Of a DNA stretch of 64,000 nt, positions 13,734-24,899 are shown in pieces; the stretch's first letter is position 1, and the number at the start of each line of letters is the position of its first letter. The notes beneath the pieces were generated by a model. The model saw nothing but the letters and a program-made list of their open reading frames with translations, was not told the DNA's origin and made no database searches. The DNA lies in contig NC_082712.1 of the NCBI RefSeq assembly GCF_030144855.1, forward strand, positions 12,834,001 to 12,898,000. Direction: 5' to 3'. Origin of the DNA: Hypanus sabinus (Eukaryota). Both the position numbers and the translations under genes were made by a program.

Positions 13734-16700
13734 AGACAATGTTGATGTCTTACTGGGTAATGACCTTGCAGGTGGAGATGTGTATCCAGCGGTTCAGCTA
13801 ACAAGCAAGCCTGCTGCTGCTGAGGACCCGCCCATAGATTCTGAAGTTTATCCTGCCTGCGCAGTAACTAGAAGCATGTCGAAAAAGGCTGCTGATACAA
13901 ATGTTGATTTGTCCGAGACTTTCCTACCATCCCTGTATCAACAGGACTTAGAGGATAGTATGGCTAAGGAGAGTCAGGGGGATGAGACAGATTTGTATTT
14001 ATCGAGGAAAAAATTTACGGAAGAACAGAATAAAGATTCGGAAATTGTGGCTTTGAAAGAGACAGCTCTCTCTGAGGAGGAAATTCAGAATGAGTCAGTG
14101 GGATATTACCTTAAAGATGGGGTGTTGATGAGGAAGTGGAGACCTGCTACGGTGCCTGCAAATGAGGATTGGGTGATTGTGCATCAAGTAATGGTTCCAA
14201 AGGTTTAAAGAGCTGAAATTTTAAACCTAGCCCAGAAGATTATGAGGGAGGTTTATGGGCCTAACATGAGGAAAGACATTGTTAATTACTGCAGAAGGTG
14301 TCATACATGCCATGTAGTGGGAAAGCCTAATCAGGCCATCCCAAAGGCAGCACTTCAGCCAATACCTGCTTTTATTTAACCATTTTCCCTGGTCATAGTG
14401 GACTGTGTGGGCCCATTGCCAAAGACTGCAGCTGGTAACCAGTATGTGCTAACAGTTATGTGTGTTGCATCTGGGTTCCCTGAGGCTGTGCCTCTTAGAA
14501 ACATTCAAGCAAAAACTGTGGTAAAGGCACTCATAAAGTTTTTCACACTGGTAGGTCTGCCTAAAGAGATTCAATCAGATCAGAAAAGTAACTTCACATC
14601 AAGAACATTTCAGTGGATAGTTTCTGAGCTGGGGGCTAAACAGATTATTTCATTTGCCTACCACCCAGAGTCTCAAGGGGCTTTGGAGTGGTTTCATTCA
14701 AATTTAAAAAAGATGATTAAAACCTACTGTCAGGAGAACGACAGAGACTGGGATGAGGGTATACACCTATTACTCTTTGCCATGAAGGATACCATTCAGG
14801 TATCACTGGGGTTTAGTCCATTTGAGCTCGTTTTCGGCCATAGGCTAAAGGGACCTTTGACCTTGCTTAGGGAGCAGAGGTCTAACCTGACAGTGTGTGT
14901 CAGTGTGATAGATTATTTTCTGAAATTCCGTGAAAGACTTTGTAGGGTATGCGACCTTGCAAAGAAGAATTTGCAAGACTCCCAAGTCAAAATGAAACAT
15001 TGGTATGATAAGAGAGCTTGGGAGCACTGTTTGAAGTTGGAGATAAAGTTCTGGTTTTGTTTCCTTTGGTGACCAACCCCTCCCAACGAAATTTCATGGA
15101 CCCTATGAGGTAATTAAGAAGATTGACTCTTTGAACTATGTTATCAGAACTCCTGATAGGAGAAAGGCTAGCCAATTAGTGCACATAAATATGCTACAGC
15201 CGTATTATGACTCTGAGATAGCACCAATCAGTATTGTCATGAAAACAAATGAGGTTGTGGATTCTGATAATGAGGGGCAAGATCATTTTAACAAGTTAAA
15301 TATCATGTCAACCAGACTGGAGAATTCCATTATTTTGACCGAACTTACTGATAATGTCTGTCATTTGGAGCCTGCACAGAGAACCCAATTGACAGAGTTA
15401 ATTAACAGGCATAAGGATTTATTTCCAGATATTCCGAGACAGTGCATGATTGCAGTGCATGATGTCATTGTAAATTCAGCCCAGACCATTAAACAACATC
15501 CCTACAGAATGAACTTAGAGAAAAGCAAGTTGATGGAAAAAGTAATTTGAATACATGCTAGCAGCTGGTATCATTAGGTGATCTACCTCAGACTGGCCGG
15601 CATCCTGTGTTCTTGTTCCCAAACAAGACGGTAGCATGAGATTCTGTACCGACTACAGGAAAATAAATGCATTAACCAAAACAGATGCTTATCCTATCCC
15701 GAGAGTAGATGATTGTATTGATAAAGTGGGAAAGGCTAAGCACCTCACACAAATTGACTTGCTGAAAGGATATTGCTGTGTTCCTTTGATTGAAAGGGCT
15801 AAAGAAATCTTAACATTTGTCACACCTTCAGGGCTGTACGAATATAATGTTTTACCTTTTGGAATGAAAAATGCTCCAGGGGCATTTCAAAGAATGATTG
15901 ATTCGGTGATTAGAGGTTTGGAAAACAGGGGCTTATATCGATGACTTAGTGGTCTGGAGTGACACGTGGGAAGAGCACATTGTGACTGTGGAAAAATTGT
16001 TCAAACGGCTGTCCGAGGCAAATCTCACAGTGAATCTCGCTGAAAGTGAATTTGGCCACGCCACTGTCACGTATCTCGGGTATGTGGTAGGCCAGGGCCA
16101 ACTGGCTCCTGTACAAGCCAAGGTACAAGCTATTGCTGAGGTTCCCATTCCGACTGGCAAGAAAGTTTTGAGCAGGTTTTTCGTAATGGTGGGGTATTAC
16201 CGGAAGTTTTGTAAAAACTTTGCAGATATCGCTTTCCCCCTAATAAAACTCCTGGGGAATAGCGAGAGATTTGTATGGACTGACCTTTGCGTGGAGGTGT
16301 TTGAATGACTAAAAACTATATTGTGTTATCAACCTGTCAAAGCACCTGATTTTTTAAAACCATTCTCTGTAGCAACAGATGCCAGTGACAATGTTGCTGG
16401 GGCAGTATTGTTACAAAAAGATGTGGATGACATTGAACACCCAGTAGCTTATTTCTCCAAGAAACTTAATGTGCACCAGAAAAATTATTCCACTGTTGAA
16501 AAGGAGTTAGTATCAATTATTCTGACTTTACAACATTTCGAAGTCTATATTTGTCCCGCCCAGGTAGTTTACAATGATCATAATCCGTTTGGTATTTCTG
16601 ACTAATTTGAAGAATAGGAACAGAAGGCTATTGAACTGGAGTCTGATGTTCCAAAAATATGACCTCAAAATAAGACATGTAAAAGGTACCGACAACGTTT

Positions 16701-16850
16701 TAGCTGATTGTTTATCTAGATGTTAAATTTGAAATTGCACACTTCTTACTCTGTTATCCGTTGATTATATATGTGTGGTTTCAAACCCTGTAATGTACAT
16801 TTAAACAAAAAAAAAAATCCTTCGTCAAAATTTTCTTAAAAGGAAGCGGG
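13734..16850 (+). mobile_element. Gypsy A internal 3' part: integrase followed by RT and RNase H (Gmr1 gene order), degraded
   Basis: Integrase (C-x2-C at ~14290, VDCVGPLP, IQSDQ, HPESQGALE) at 14.2-15.1 kb precedes RT (RFCTDYRKIN, IDLLKGY, LPFGMKNAP) and RH (ATDASD, HPVAYFSKKL, NYSTVEKE) at 15.6-16.7 kb. Purine tract aaaaggaagcggg before the LTR. Confidence 0.88.
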
Positions 16851-17598
16851 TGTAGCGGGGCCAAAAAATGACCCGAGTTTGTGACAGGGTCCAAGATTGA
16901 CCCTATGAAATGTGCTGCTATTAAGAGAGAANNNNNNNNNNNNNNNNNNNNNNNNNNNNNNNNNNNNNNNNNNNNNNNNNNNNNNNNNNNNNNNNNNNNN
17001 NNNNNNNNNNNNNNNNNNNNNNNNNNNNNNNNNNNNNNNNNNNNNNNNNNNNNNNNNNNNNNNNNNNNNNNTTGATGTTATGGTTTCTCTACAAGCTTGT
17101 TTACCTTTCCACAAGGACACTTGCCTGCTTGTAAAACTCTTACAGAGAGAGGAGGATGGAGCAGGTTGATGGACAGTGGGTGTCCAACATGTGGAGATAA
17201 AAACCAGGTCCGCTGATACAGACAGACACACGGTTTCAGACGCTGAATGGGTTTGTTGCACCCACAGGATGGTGGGGTTTTTGGAGGATGAATTCGGGAA
17301 AATTGATCAGTGGCTCTCGCAGTGTGAAAAGGTGTGACCGGTGGGGAATTATCTGTGTGTCCACCCTTGCCTGCCATTACTGAAGAACAGTCGCACGTGT
17401 TATGGTCATAGTCAGTGACCACAACAGGGCTTCGGAAGACAACTGAAAGATAGACGGCATCATCTCACCTCTCAGCTCTCCAATGTTACTCAACTACCTT
17501 GAACTGAACTTCACTCTCTTCATCATCGTAAGACTATATCCATCCACCCCGAGGTTTAAAAGAGCCTAGTTTTGTTCCTATTTCCACACTTATGTGTG

Positions 17599-17630
<32 letters not shown>

Positions 17631-17774
17631 ATTGATAACCTGTTTGATATATCTGCATTTATCATACTGTATTGCGTACTTACTAATAAACATTATTAGT
17701 TAATAGCAATCACAGACTCCAAAATGTGTTTTCCATTTCTACTGGTTCTTTAACCCGTCACGGGGTACGTGGCA
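16851..17774 (+). repeat. 3' LTR of Gypsy A, containing an N gap
   Basis: Starts tgtagc after the PPT and ends ...cccgtcacggggtacgtggca. Homologous to the LTR at 34186..35283. Confidence 0.75.
16932..17071. other. Assembly gap (N run)
   Basis: Run of N following gagaga inside the LTR. Confidence 1.
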
Positions 17775-18439
17775 GGAGTTAAATACTATCACAATTAAAT
17801 AATAATTAGGTGACACGTGCATATTCATGATCGCAATTGCCATATCTCCTGCGTTGCCAAATCCGTGGTTGCGACAGGGCCCCGCGCTCCTGAGACGCCA
17901 CTGACTTGTGTCCACTGGAAGTCCCGAATGAGGGATTTGTCCAAGATGTCCTTCAGTGATGCTGGTGGATAAGTGCCATGGTGTGCACTGCCAATATCGG
18001 AGCCAAAGACTTCCACGTAGAGACAGAAACAAGAACTTTTATAGAAGTAACTCGACCAAGTGACACCGTGAGATGAATCATTCTCAAAATGAGGACCCTC
18101 CGATCGGAGCTAATTGGGCATCTGCTTCAACAATAAAACTAACACAGAATCCCTGAGCCGACAAAATACACTTTACAAATTTAAACAGAAAGCACCAGGA
18201 AACTGCAATACATAGAGCGAGAAAAACACAAGGACTCTTGGACCATTAATAATTGTTGCTAAGCAACAATTAGCCAATTCAGGTGCTCTGAAGGCCTCTG
18301 AGCCCAACGCTCTCTGATGCCCTGCAAAGGCCTGAAGAAGTCACGACAGGACCCCCTCCCTATAGCTGGCAGCTGATGGCCCAGGAAGACCTGAAACCTC
18401 GAGATCCAGGAATGACTCGGGAGACCTGGGAAACTTAAA

Positions 18440-19420
18440 AGGGAGGCATGGGGAACTCGAGAGGCAGGGAGACTCAGGAATCCAGAGGGACCCGAGAACC
18501 CCAAGAGACGGAGAGACCCGAGAACCCCAACAGACGGAGAGACCAGGGAACTTCAACAGACAGAGAGACCAGGGAACTTCAACAGACAGAGAGATCAGGG
18601 AACCCCAACAGACTGAGAGACCTGGGAACCCCAACAGACTGAGAGAACCGGGAACCCCAACAGATTGAGAGACCAAGGAGCCCCAACAGACTGAGAGAAC
18701 CGGGAACCCCAACAGACTAAGAGACCTGGAAACCCCAACAGACTGTGAGACCTAGGGAAACCGAACAGACTGAGAGACCAGGGAACCCCGACAGTCCGAG
18801 AGACCAGGGAAACCCCAACAGACTGAGAGAACCGGGAACCCCGACAGTCTGAGAGACCCGAGAACCCCAACAGACTGAGAGACCAGGGAACCCCAACAGA
18901 CTGTGAGACCAGGGAAACCGAACAGACTGAGAGACCAGGGAACCCCGACAGTCTGAGAGACCAGGGAACCCCAACAGACTGAGAGACCAGGGAACCCCAA
19001 CAGACTGAGAGACCAGGGAACCCCAACAGACTGAGACACCAGGGAACTTCAACAGACAGAGAGATCAGGGAACCCCGACAGTCTGAGAGACCAGGGAACC
19101 CCAACAGACTGAGAGACCAGGGAACCCCAACAGACTGAGAGACCAGGGAACCCCAACAGACTGAGACACCAGGGAACTTCAACAGACAGAGAGATCAGGG
19201 AACCCCAACAGATGGAGAGACCAGGGAACCCCAACAGACTGAGAGACTAGGGAACCCCAACAGACTGAGAGACCAGGGAACCCCAACAGACTGAGAGACC
19301 CGGGAACCCCAACAGACTGAGACACCAGGGAACTTCAACAGACAGAGAGATCAGGGAACCCCAACAGATGGAGAGACCAGGGAACCCCAACAGACTGAGA
19401 GACTAGGGAACCCCAACGAC
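18440..19420. repeat. 26-bp minisatellite (ccagggaaccccaacagactgagaga)n, ~37 units
   Basis: Period 26 measured at 18961/18987; variant unit cagggaacttcaacagacagagagat recurs. Confidence 0.95.
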
Positions 19421-20972
19421 CAGTTTGTCTTTGGACTGTGGGAGGAGAATGTACAAGCAATTGAACCCAGGTCACTGGCACTGCAATAGATTTACACCAG
19501 CTTCTACCTTACCATGCTTTTATCTTGATTTTAAGGTGAAATTGGCAACTCTTTGGCTGTAAAGGCCACGGGGAGGTGCCTCATACCAAGTCTATTTTAT
19601 GCTTAATGCTTCCCCAGTCACCCGGAGACTTGACATCAGTGCCTCACAGCTCAGTGCAACATTCAGCCTTGCTCCTCAGCAATACGGGTGTCGGTGTCAT
19701 CAAGCTCCAATAACACACAGTGATTCCAGTTAATGGGCACATCAGGACCAGCGCATCTCAGCACAAAGAAGCAGCCGTCCTAATCAGCCAAAGATTCATG
19801 GAAATAGTTAAAGAGATATAAAAAAGACAAACTGAGAAAGAAATTATGTATTTAAATGAAATACAGAATAGATTAGAACACTATCAATAGTACTACAATA
19901 CCATCAGACTATATTAGTCTGATAGTTATTGACGGAGCAATTCATCCAATGTAAGCTGCTGTGTCATTCTGAGTAACTGTAATTAAAACTATCTTCTTCA
20001 ATGGCAAGATGGGATGAGTGTCCAGTGTGACACGTAGACAGCTCTCTCTCTCTCTCTTTCAATGAGGATGAAAACCTGTCAGTTCCTCGAGATGGGTGGG
20101 TGGTTCTTGGAGAAGCGATGTGGAAGGTTGTAGAATCAGAACGGTGAGCTTTGGTCTCCACTCCCGTTGTTGCAGGTGTGATCTCTCTCCCTCTCTGAGC
20201 CTGTCTGAGACACCAATGTGCTGGATTGTGGACTGCAGATTTGATGGACTCTGGATCAAGGTCTCTTTGAGGGGTTTCTGCTGTTGCTTGCATGGTGGGG
20301 GGTGGGCTGTAGGGGGTGGTTAACGGTTTTGCTGCTGCTTGTGTGGATAGATTGGGGGCGCGGATTCAGGGCCGATGTTTCTCTCATTCATTCTAAGGGG
20401 TTTCTTCTTTTGTGGATGTCTGTGAAGAGTAAGATTTTCAGGTTGTATACAGTATACATTCTGATATGAAATTAACCTTTAAACACTTGGATACTCTTCT
20501 AGACAAATGTCTGAACAGCGATTCACTGCAAACTTCAGTTTTCCTTTGAGGATGTACCTTTGAGACAACTAAATGATCTGGCACTTTTGTGATTTCCTGG
20601 GAGGTCTAGCGAAGATGAGAGTGGAGAATGCCGTCACCGGAGATGGCAGTTTCAAGGCCTGATGGTGGAAGACAAACTCATGATCAGTTCCATTACTCAG
20701 TGCCAAGATTAAAATTGTCCATTTCCAAGCTCCTATCACAATTAAGCAGCAGAGTGTCTCAATGAACTGAAGGGAATCGTGTCTATTTTCTCAAACAGTT
20801 TTTGTTTTTTAAGAGTCATCCCAATAGGTGGCTGCCCCAATTAACTAGAATACACTGTATTTCAGAAGCATAGACATGCCAGGAGGAGTCAGTAGTGAGT
20901 GCTGTCTCTCCTGGACTGAGGATGGAAATGGTGCAGTCTCCTCCCCCTGGGTTCAGTCCTCTTTGCCGATTA

Positions 20973-21004
20973 CTATTTCTTCACCACCTCCGCATAGATC
21001 ACAT
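20973..21004 (-). CDS. Receptor gene terminal coding exon: (D)VIYAEVVKK*, canonical ITIM
   Basis: Acceptor tttttgtgtttcag|, phase 1, VxYxxV motif, stop TAG followed by TAA. Confidence 0.8.
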
Positions 21005-21249
21005 CTGAAACACAAAAATCAGATATTAGTTCAGACAGTGAGGGAAGATTGAAGGCTGAGGATTGAAGACTGAAGTTTGAAGACTGAGGATTGAAGACTG
21101 AAGTTGGCCTGCCCAGAAGTTAAGGCCCAGGGTTGGCATGTCTAGAAATCCAAGACCTGATGTCTGTGAGCCCACTGGCAGCTGAAGGCCCGGAGGTGGT
21201 CTATCCCAGGGTTGGAAGCCTGACAGTGTGGGGATGGGGTGAGAGGGAG

Positions 21250-21470
21250 GAAAGGGCTTGTTTGCAGTGCTTGTTTCTTTCATGGTTGTTGTTCTCTCGT
21301 TGCTTGTGTTGTTCTGCTGAATATTGTGGGTGTGCGATGTTGGTGCCAGAACATGTGGTGACACTTGCGGGCTGCCCCCGGCACATCCTTGTGTTGGTTC
21401 TTTACGCAAATGACACATTTCACTGTATGTTTTGATGTATGTGTGATAAATACATGAATCCGAGTCCGAG
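21250..21470 (+). mobile_element. SINE fragment
   Basis: Shares acacttgcgggctgcccc...aatgacacatttcactgtatg with the SINE tail at ~36020-36120. Confidence 0.6.
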
Positions 21471-21527
21471 ACTGGCCAGGCCTCTCTGAGGAACAGGAAG
21501 CTCAAAGGGCCTGTGCAGTCAGCTCAC

Positions 21528-21578
21528 CATTCCCTATTCCTGTCTCGTACGCCACTGTTTCTTAGCTAGTGTCCTCAC
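21528..21578 (-). other. 51-bp phase-1 cassette exon with in-frame TAA: (G)EDTS*ETVAYETGIGN
   Basis: Acceptor ttcgtttgctcttgttgcacag|, donor ATG|gtgagc, length divisible by 3, stop at 21564-21562. Confidence 0.5.
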
Positions 21579-21604
21579 CTGTGCAACAAGAGCAAACGAA
21601 GTTT

Positions 21605-22070
21605 GCTTCCCTCCTCTTCTTCCCCCTCCCCTTCCTTTTTCTCCCTCTCCCCACCTGCTCCTCATTCCTCCTCCCTCAATATTCCCCCTTCCCCTCCCTC
21701 TCTCCTTCCATTGCTCCATCCATTTCCCCATTTTCCATTTTTCCATTTTCCACCACTCTCTCCCTTCCTACCATTCTCTCCCCCTCTCTCCCTTCACCCA
21801 GCTCTCACCCCCTTCCTCTCTCTACCCCTCCCTCTCTCTCTTCCCCACTCAGTCCCTGTCTCTCTCCCACTTCCCTTATGCCTTTCCTTCACCCCCTTCT
21901 CTTTCTCCTTCGTCCCTCCTCCTCGCTCTCTTTTATTCCCTTTCCCCTCCCTCACCCTCTCTCACCTTTCCACTCCCTCACCTTCTCTCCCCTTCCCCCC
22001 CTCTCTTTTATTCTCCCTCCCCTCTCCTCTCCCACTCTTCACTGCTTCTCCAATCCTTCCCTCCAGTCTC
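21605..22070. repeat. ~470-bp CT-rich low-complexity tract (GA-rich on the gene's sense strand)
   Basis: Almost exclusively C and T on the + strand. Confidence 0.9.
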
Positions 22071-22189
22071 ACTGAGGTGGACTGCAGGACCCAGTGGCAG
22101 CCAGACACACACCCTGTGAGTGGAAGGGACAGGTGAATGGAGCAGTTGAAGGAGATCATTTTCAAGAATACCTTGAGAGAAAGCCTCAC

Positions 22190-22219
22190 CTGGAGGTCCA
22201 GCTTCCTGCTTCTGCCCAC
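22190..22219 (-). CDS. Receptor cytoplasmic mini-exon (30 bp): (G)GQKQEAGPP
   Basis: Acceptor ttcttcttcaattccag|, donor CAG|gtgagg, phase 1-1; 86-bp intron upstream. Confidence 0.65.
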
Positions 22220-22305
22220 CTGGAATTGAAGAAGAACTTTCTGTTAGTCAGCAGGATGACCTCGAAGTGATCCAAGAAATGGTGAAAGGTAAGCGGAGAC
22301 TGTAC

Positions 22306-22383
22306 CTTGATCTTCAGCTTGTGGTTTGCTTGCCTTCTCACCTCTCATCAAAATAGTGGCGTAAGTGCAGGAATCTGGCTGCT
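22306..22383 (-). CDS. Receptor cytoplasmic exon (78 bp): (E)QPDSCTYATILMRGEKASKPQAEDQ
   Basis: ctccttacag| acceptor, AAG|gtacag donor, phase 1-1, YxxI motif; paralog of 23473..23550. Confidence 0.8.
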
Positions 22384-22404
22384 CTGTAAGGAGAGGGATT
22401 CGTC

Positions 22405-23030
22405 TGAATCGACAGCAAATCGAAGTTATGTTGAAGCTGTATAAGGCCCAGTTTAGAGTATTGTGTGCAGATTTGGTCACCTAACTACAGAAAAGATATG
22501 AATAAGATTGAAAGTGCAGAGTGCAGAGAAAGTTTACAAGGATGCTGCCAGAACTTGGTGACCTGAGTTATAGGGAAAGATTAAAGAGGTTGGGTTTTAT
22601 TCCCTGGAGTGTAGGGGAATGAAGGGAGATTTGATAGAAGCATGTGAAATCATGAGGGGTAGTAATAAGATAAATGCAAGCAGGATTTTTCAACTGAGTT
22701 TGGGTGAGAAAACCCACTGAGGGGGCACAGTCCTAAGGTGCTTGGAAGTAGGGACAGAGGAAATGTCAGGGTTAAGTTTTTCACAGACAGAAAGTGGTGG
22801 GTGCGTGGAATGCACTGCCAGCGAAGGTGTTAGAGGTGGATACAACAGGGTCTTTTAAGAGACTCTTAGATAGGTAAATGGAGCTTAGATAAACAGAGGG
22901 CTATGCAGTAGGGAAATTCTAGGCAGTTTCTAGAGTAGGTTACATGGTCGGCACAACATTGTGGGCTGAAGGGCCTGTAATGTGCTGTAGATTTCTATGT
23001 TTCTATGAGACTAGAACTAGAGGCCATAGG
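22405..23030 (+). mobile_element. CR1 3' fragment
   Basis: Degenerate LEYCVQFWSP...RGDLIE segment and CR1 3' UTR. Confidence 0.8.
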
Positions 23031-23039
23031 TTAAGTGTA

Positions 23040-23420
23040 AAGATAAAATGTTACAAGTAAACATTAGACCATAAAACACAGGAGCAGAATTAGGCCATTC
23101 AGCCCCTCGAGTCTACTCCACCATTCTATCATGGTTGATTTATTTTCCCTCTCAACCCCATTCTCCTGCCTTCTCCCCATAATCTTTGACACCCTGACTA
23201 ATTAAGACCCTATCAACATCTGCTTTAAATAAACCCAGTAACTTGGCTTCCACATCCGTCTGTGCAATGAATTCCTCACCACCCTCTGGCTAAAGAAATT
23301 CCTTCTCATCTCTGTTCTATAATGACATCCCCCCATTCTGAGGCTGTATCCTCTGGTCCTAGATTCCCCCACTTTCAGAAACATGCTCTCCAATTCCGCT
23401 CTATCTAGGTTTTCAATATT
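23040..23420 (-). mobile_element. CR1 3' fragment
   Basis: RTRGYSLRM...RRNFFSQRVV, tail-to-tail with the previous fragment. Confidence 0.75.
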
Positions 23421-23472
23421 CGATGGTCAGCAGGCAGTCTGAGAAATGGTGAACGGTAAATGGAGACTGTAC

Positions 23473-23550
23473 CTTGATCTTCAGTTTGAGGTTTTCTTGC
23501 CTTCCCAAGTCCTGTTGAAATGCTGGCATAGGTGAAGGAATCTGACTGCT
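23473..23550 (-). CDS. Receptor cytoplasmic exon (78 bp): (E)QSDSFTYASISTGLGKARKPQTEDQ
   Basis: Same splice sites and length as 22306..22383; 61/78 nt identical; phase 1-1. Confidence 0.8.
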
Positions 23551-23923
23551 CTGTAAGGAGGAGAGTGATTAGTCCAAATCGACTAAAGTCTGAAAGCAAG
23601 AAATGTTACAACACCTCGCAGCTGACATTTATCTGGAGCCTTAAACTACCTGCAGACTGTACAAGACCTTGGAGAGTGGTGTCCACAGGTACATAGTGTT
23701 GTCAAAAGAGTTTTGTACGATAGCCTTCATAAATCAAAGTACTGAGTCAGGTGTACAGGTGTACCTAATAAAGTGGCCATTGAGTGTAAATATGATATTC
23801 TCAATCACTGACTGACAACTGTCCAGCATCTTTAAGAAAATCGAAAGGTTCTGTTGATCATCTGCTTAAGTTCTGAATACAAATTAGACAAAATTCCTCA
23901 GCAAATGAGGCACTGATGTTGAC

Positions 23924-23977
23924 CTCTCTCACTGCGATTGAAGAGAACGCTGTCGTACACACTGCCATTGTCTTGTG
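23924..23977 (-). CDS. Receptor cytoplasmic exon: (A)QDNGSVYDSVLFNR(SER), ITIM SxYxxV
   Basis: Acceptor cctgtgttttgtgacag|. Two in-frame phase-1 donors are possible (GCA|gtgaga ending at 23933 or GAG|gtcaac ending at 23924). Confidence 0.7.
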
Positions 23978-24259
23978 CTGTCACAAAACACAGGATGGTC
24001 ACAGGACAGAAGGAAGTTTGGCCCTTGGAGTTTATTCTGGGTCCTCGTTCCATGGGACTTGCTTTTTCCCCTGTGAATTAGCTGAAATGTTCGGGCTGTT
24101 TGTTTCTGTAGGCCTTACACATCTGAGTCTAAAACCTCTCCAGAGTAACACACTCAAATGCTAAAGCAACTCAGCAGGTCAGGCAGCATCTATGGAGGGG
24201 AATGAAGGTCTCATCCTGAAACATCAAACGTTTATTCCTCTCCAGAGATGCTGCCTCTT

Positions 24260-24640
24260 CTAAGAGGATCACAACCTTGTCATAGGGTTCGGAGGCCCGT
24301 GTACCTCAATGACTCGGAAAGCTATGTTGGCTGGAGTTCAGGTTTTATGCTTTGGCTCTTGGTAGGGTCAGCCATGCCAAACAGGTCAAAGGGCAGAGGC
24401 CGGTGTAAGAATGGTCCACAGGTTCTCCAGTTTTGGGGTTCAGCTCAGGTCTAACAACCCTGACTGGTCAATCAAATCTGTTATGGAAACAGCAGTGAAG
24501 AATCCTTCTACATCTGAGTGCGATGGTATTCCTGAGTCTCCACCTGGGACTTGCGTGAGTGACAGTTGTGAAATATGATGAAGTAGGCCAGAGATGGAGG
24601 ACCGCCATTGCTGCCCGAAACCTCAGTGGTGTAACAGACA
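24260..24640 (+). mobile_element. Short non-autonomous RTE-type (bipartite) element
   Basis: Homologous to 63030..63281; looks like an RTE 5' region fused to a 3' WRTAIAARN-like end. Confidence 0.5.
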
Positions 24641-24899
24641 GGAGAGTAGATACGTGCTGAGTTCCTGAATTGAACTGAACTGGATTGACATTATTACTTA
24701 CATCCTTCATATACATGAGAGTAAAAATCTTTACGTTACATCTCCATCCAAATGAGCAATGTTAAATTTAGAGTAATTTATAATAAATAGTATGTACAAC
24801 AGAATAGTCAATATAACAAAGAAATAAAATTGTATCAGAGCCTGGTGGTCCTGGCTTTTATGCTGCGGTACCAATTCCCGGATAGTAACAGCTGGAACA

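Noticed and set aside
18341-19234. Repetitive ORFs (SVCWGSLVSQSVGVPW...)
   Set aside because: Translations of a 26-bp minisatellite; the period is not a multiple of 3.
18440-19420. CRISPR-like look of regularly spaced repeats (also 29180..29485 and the satellite)
   Set aside because: No unique spacers, no cas genes, eukaryotic context.
21569-22136. Pro/Ser/Leu-rich ORFs
   Set aside because: Translation of the CT-rich low-complexity tract.
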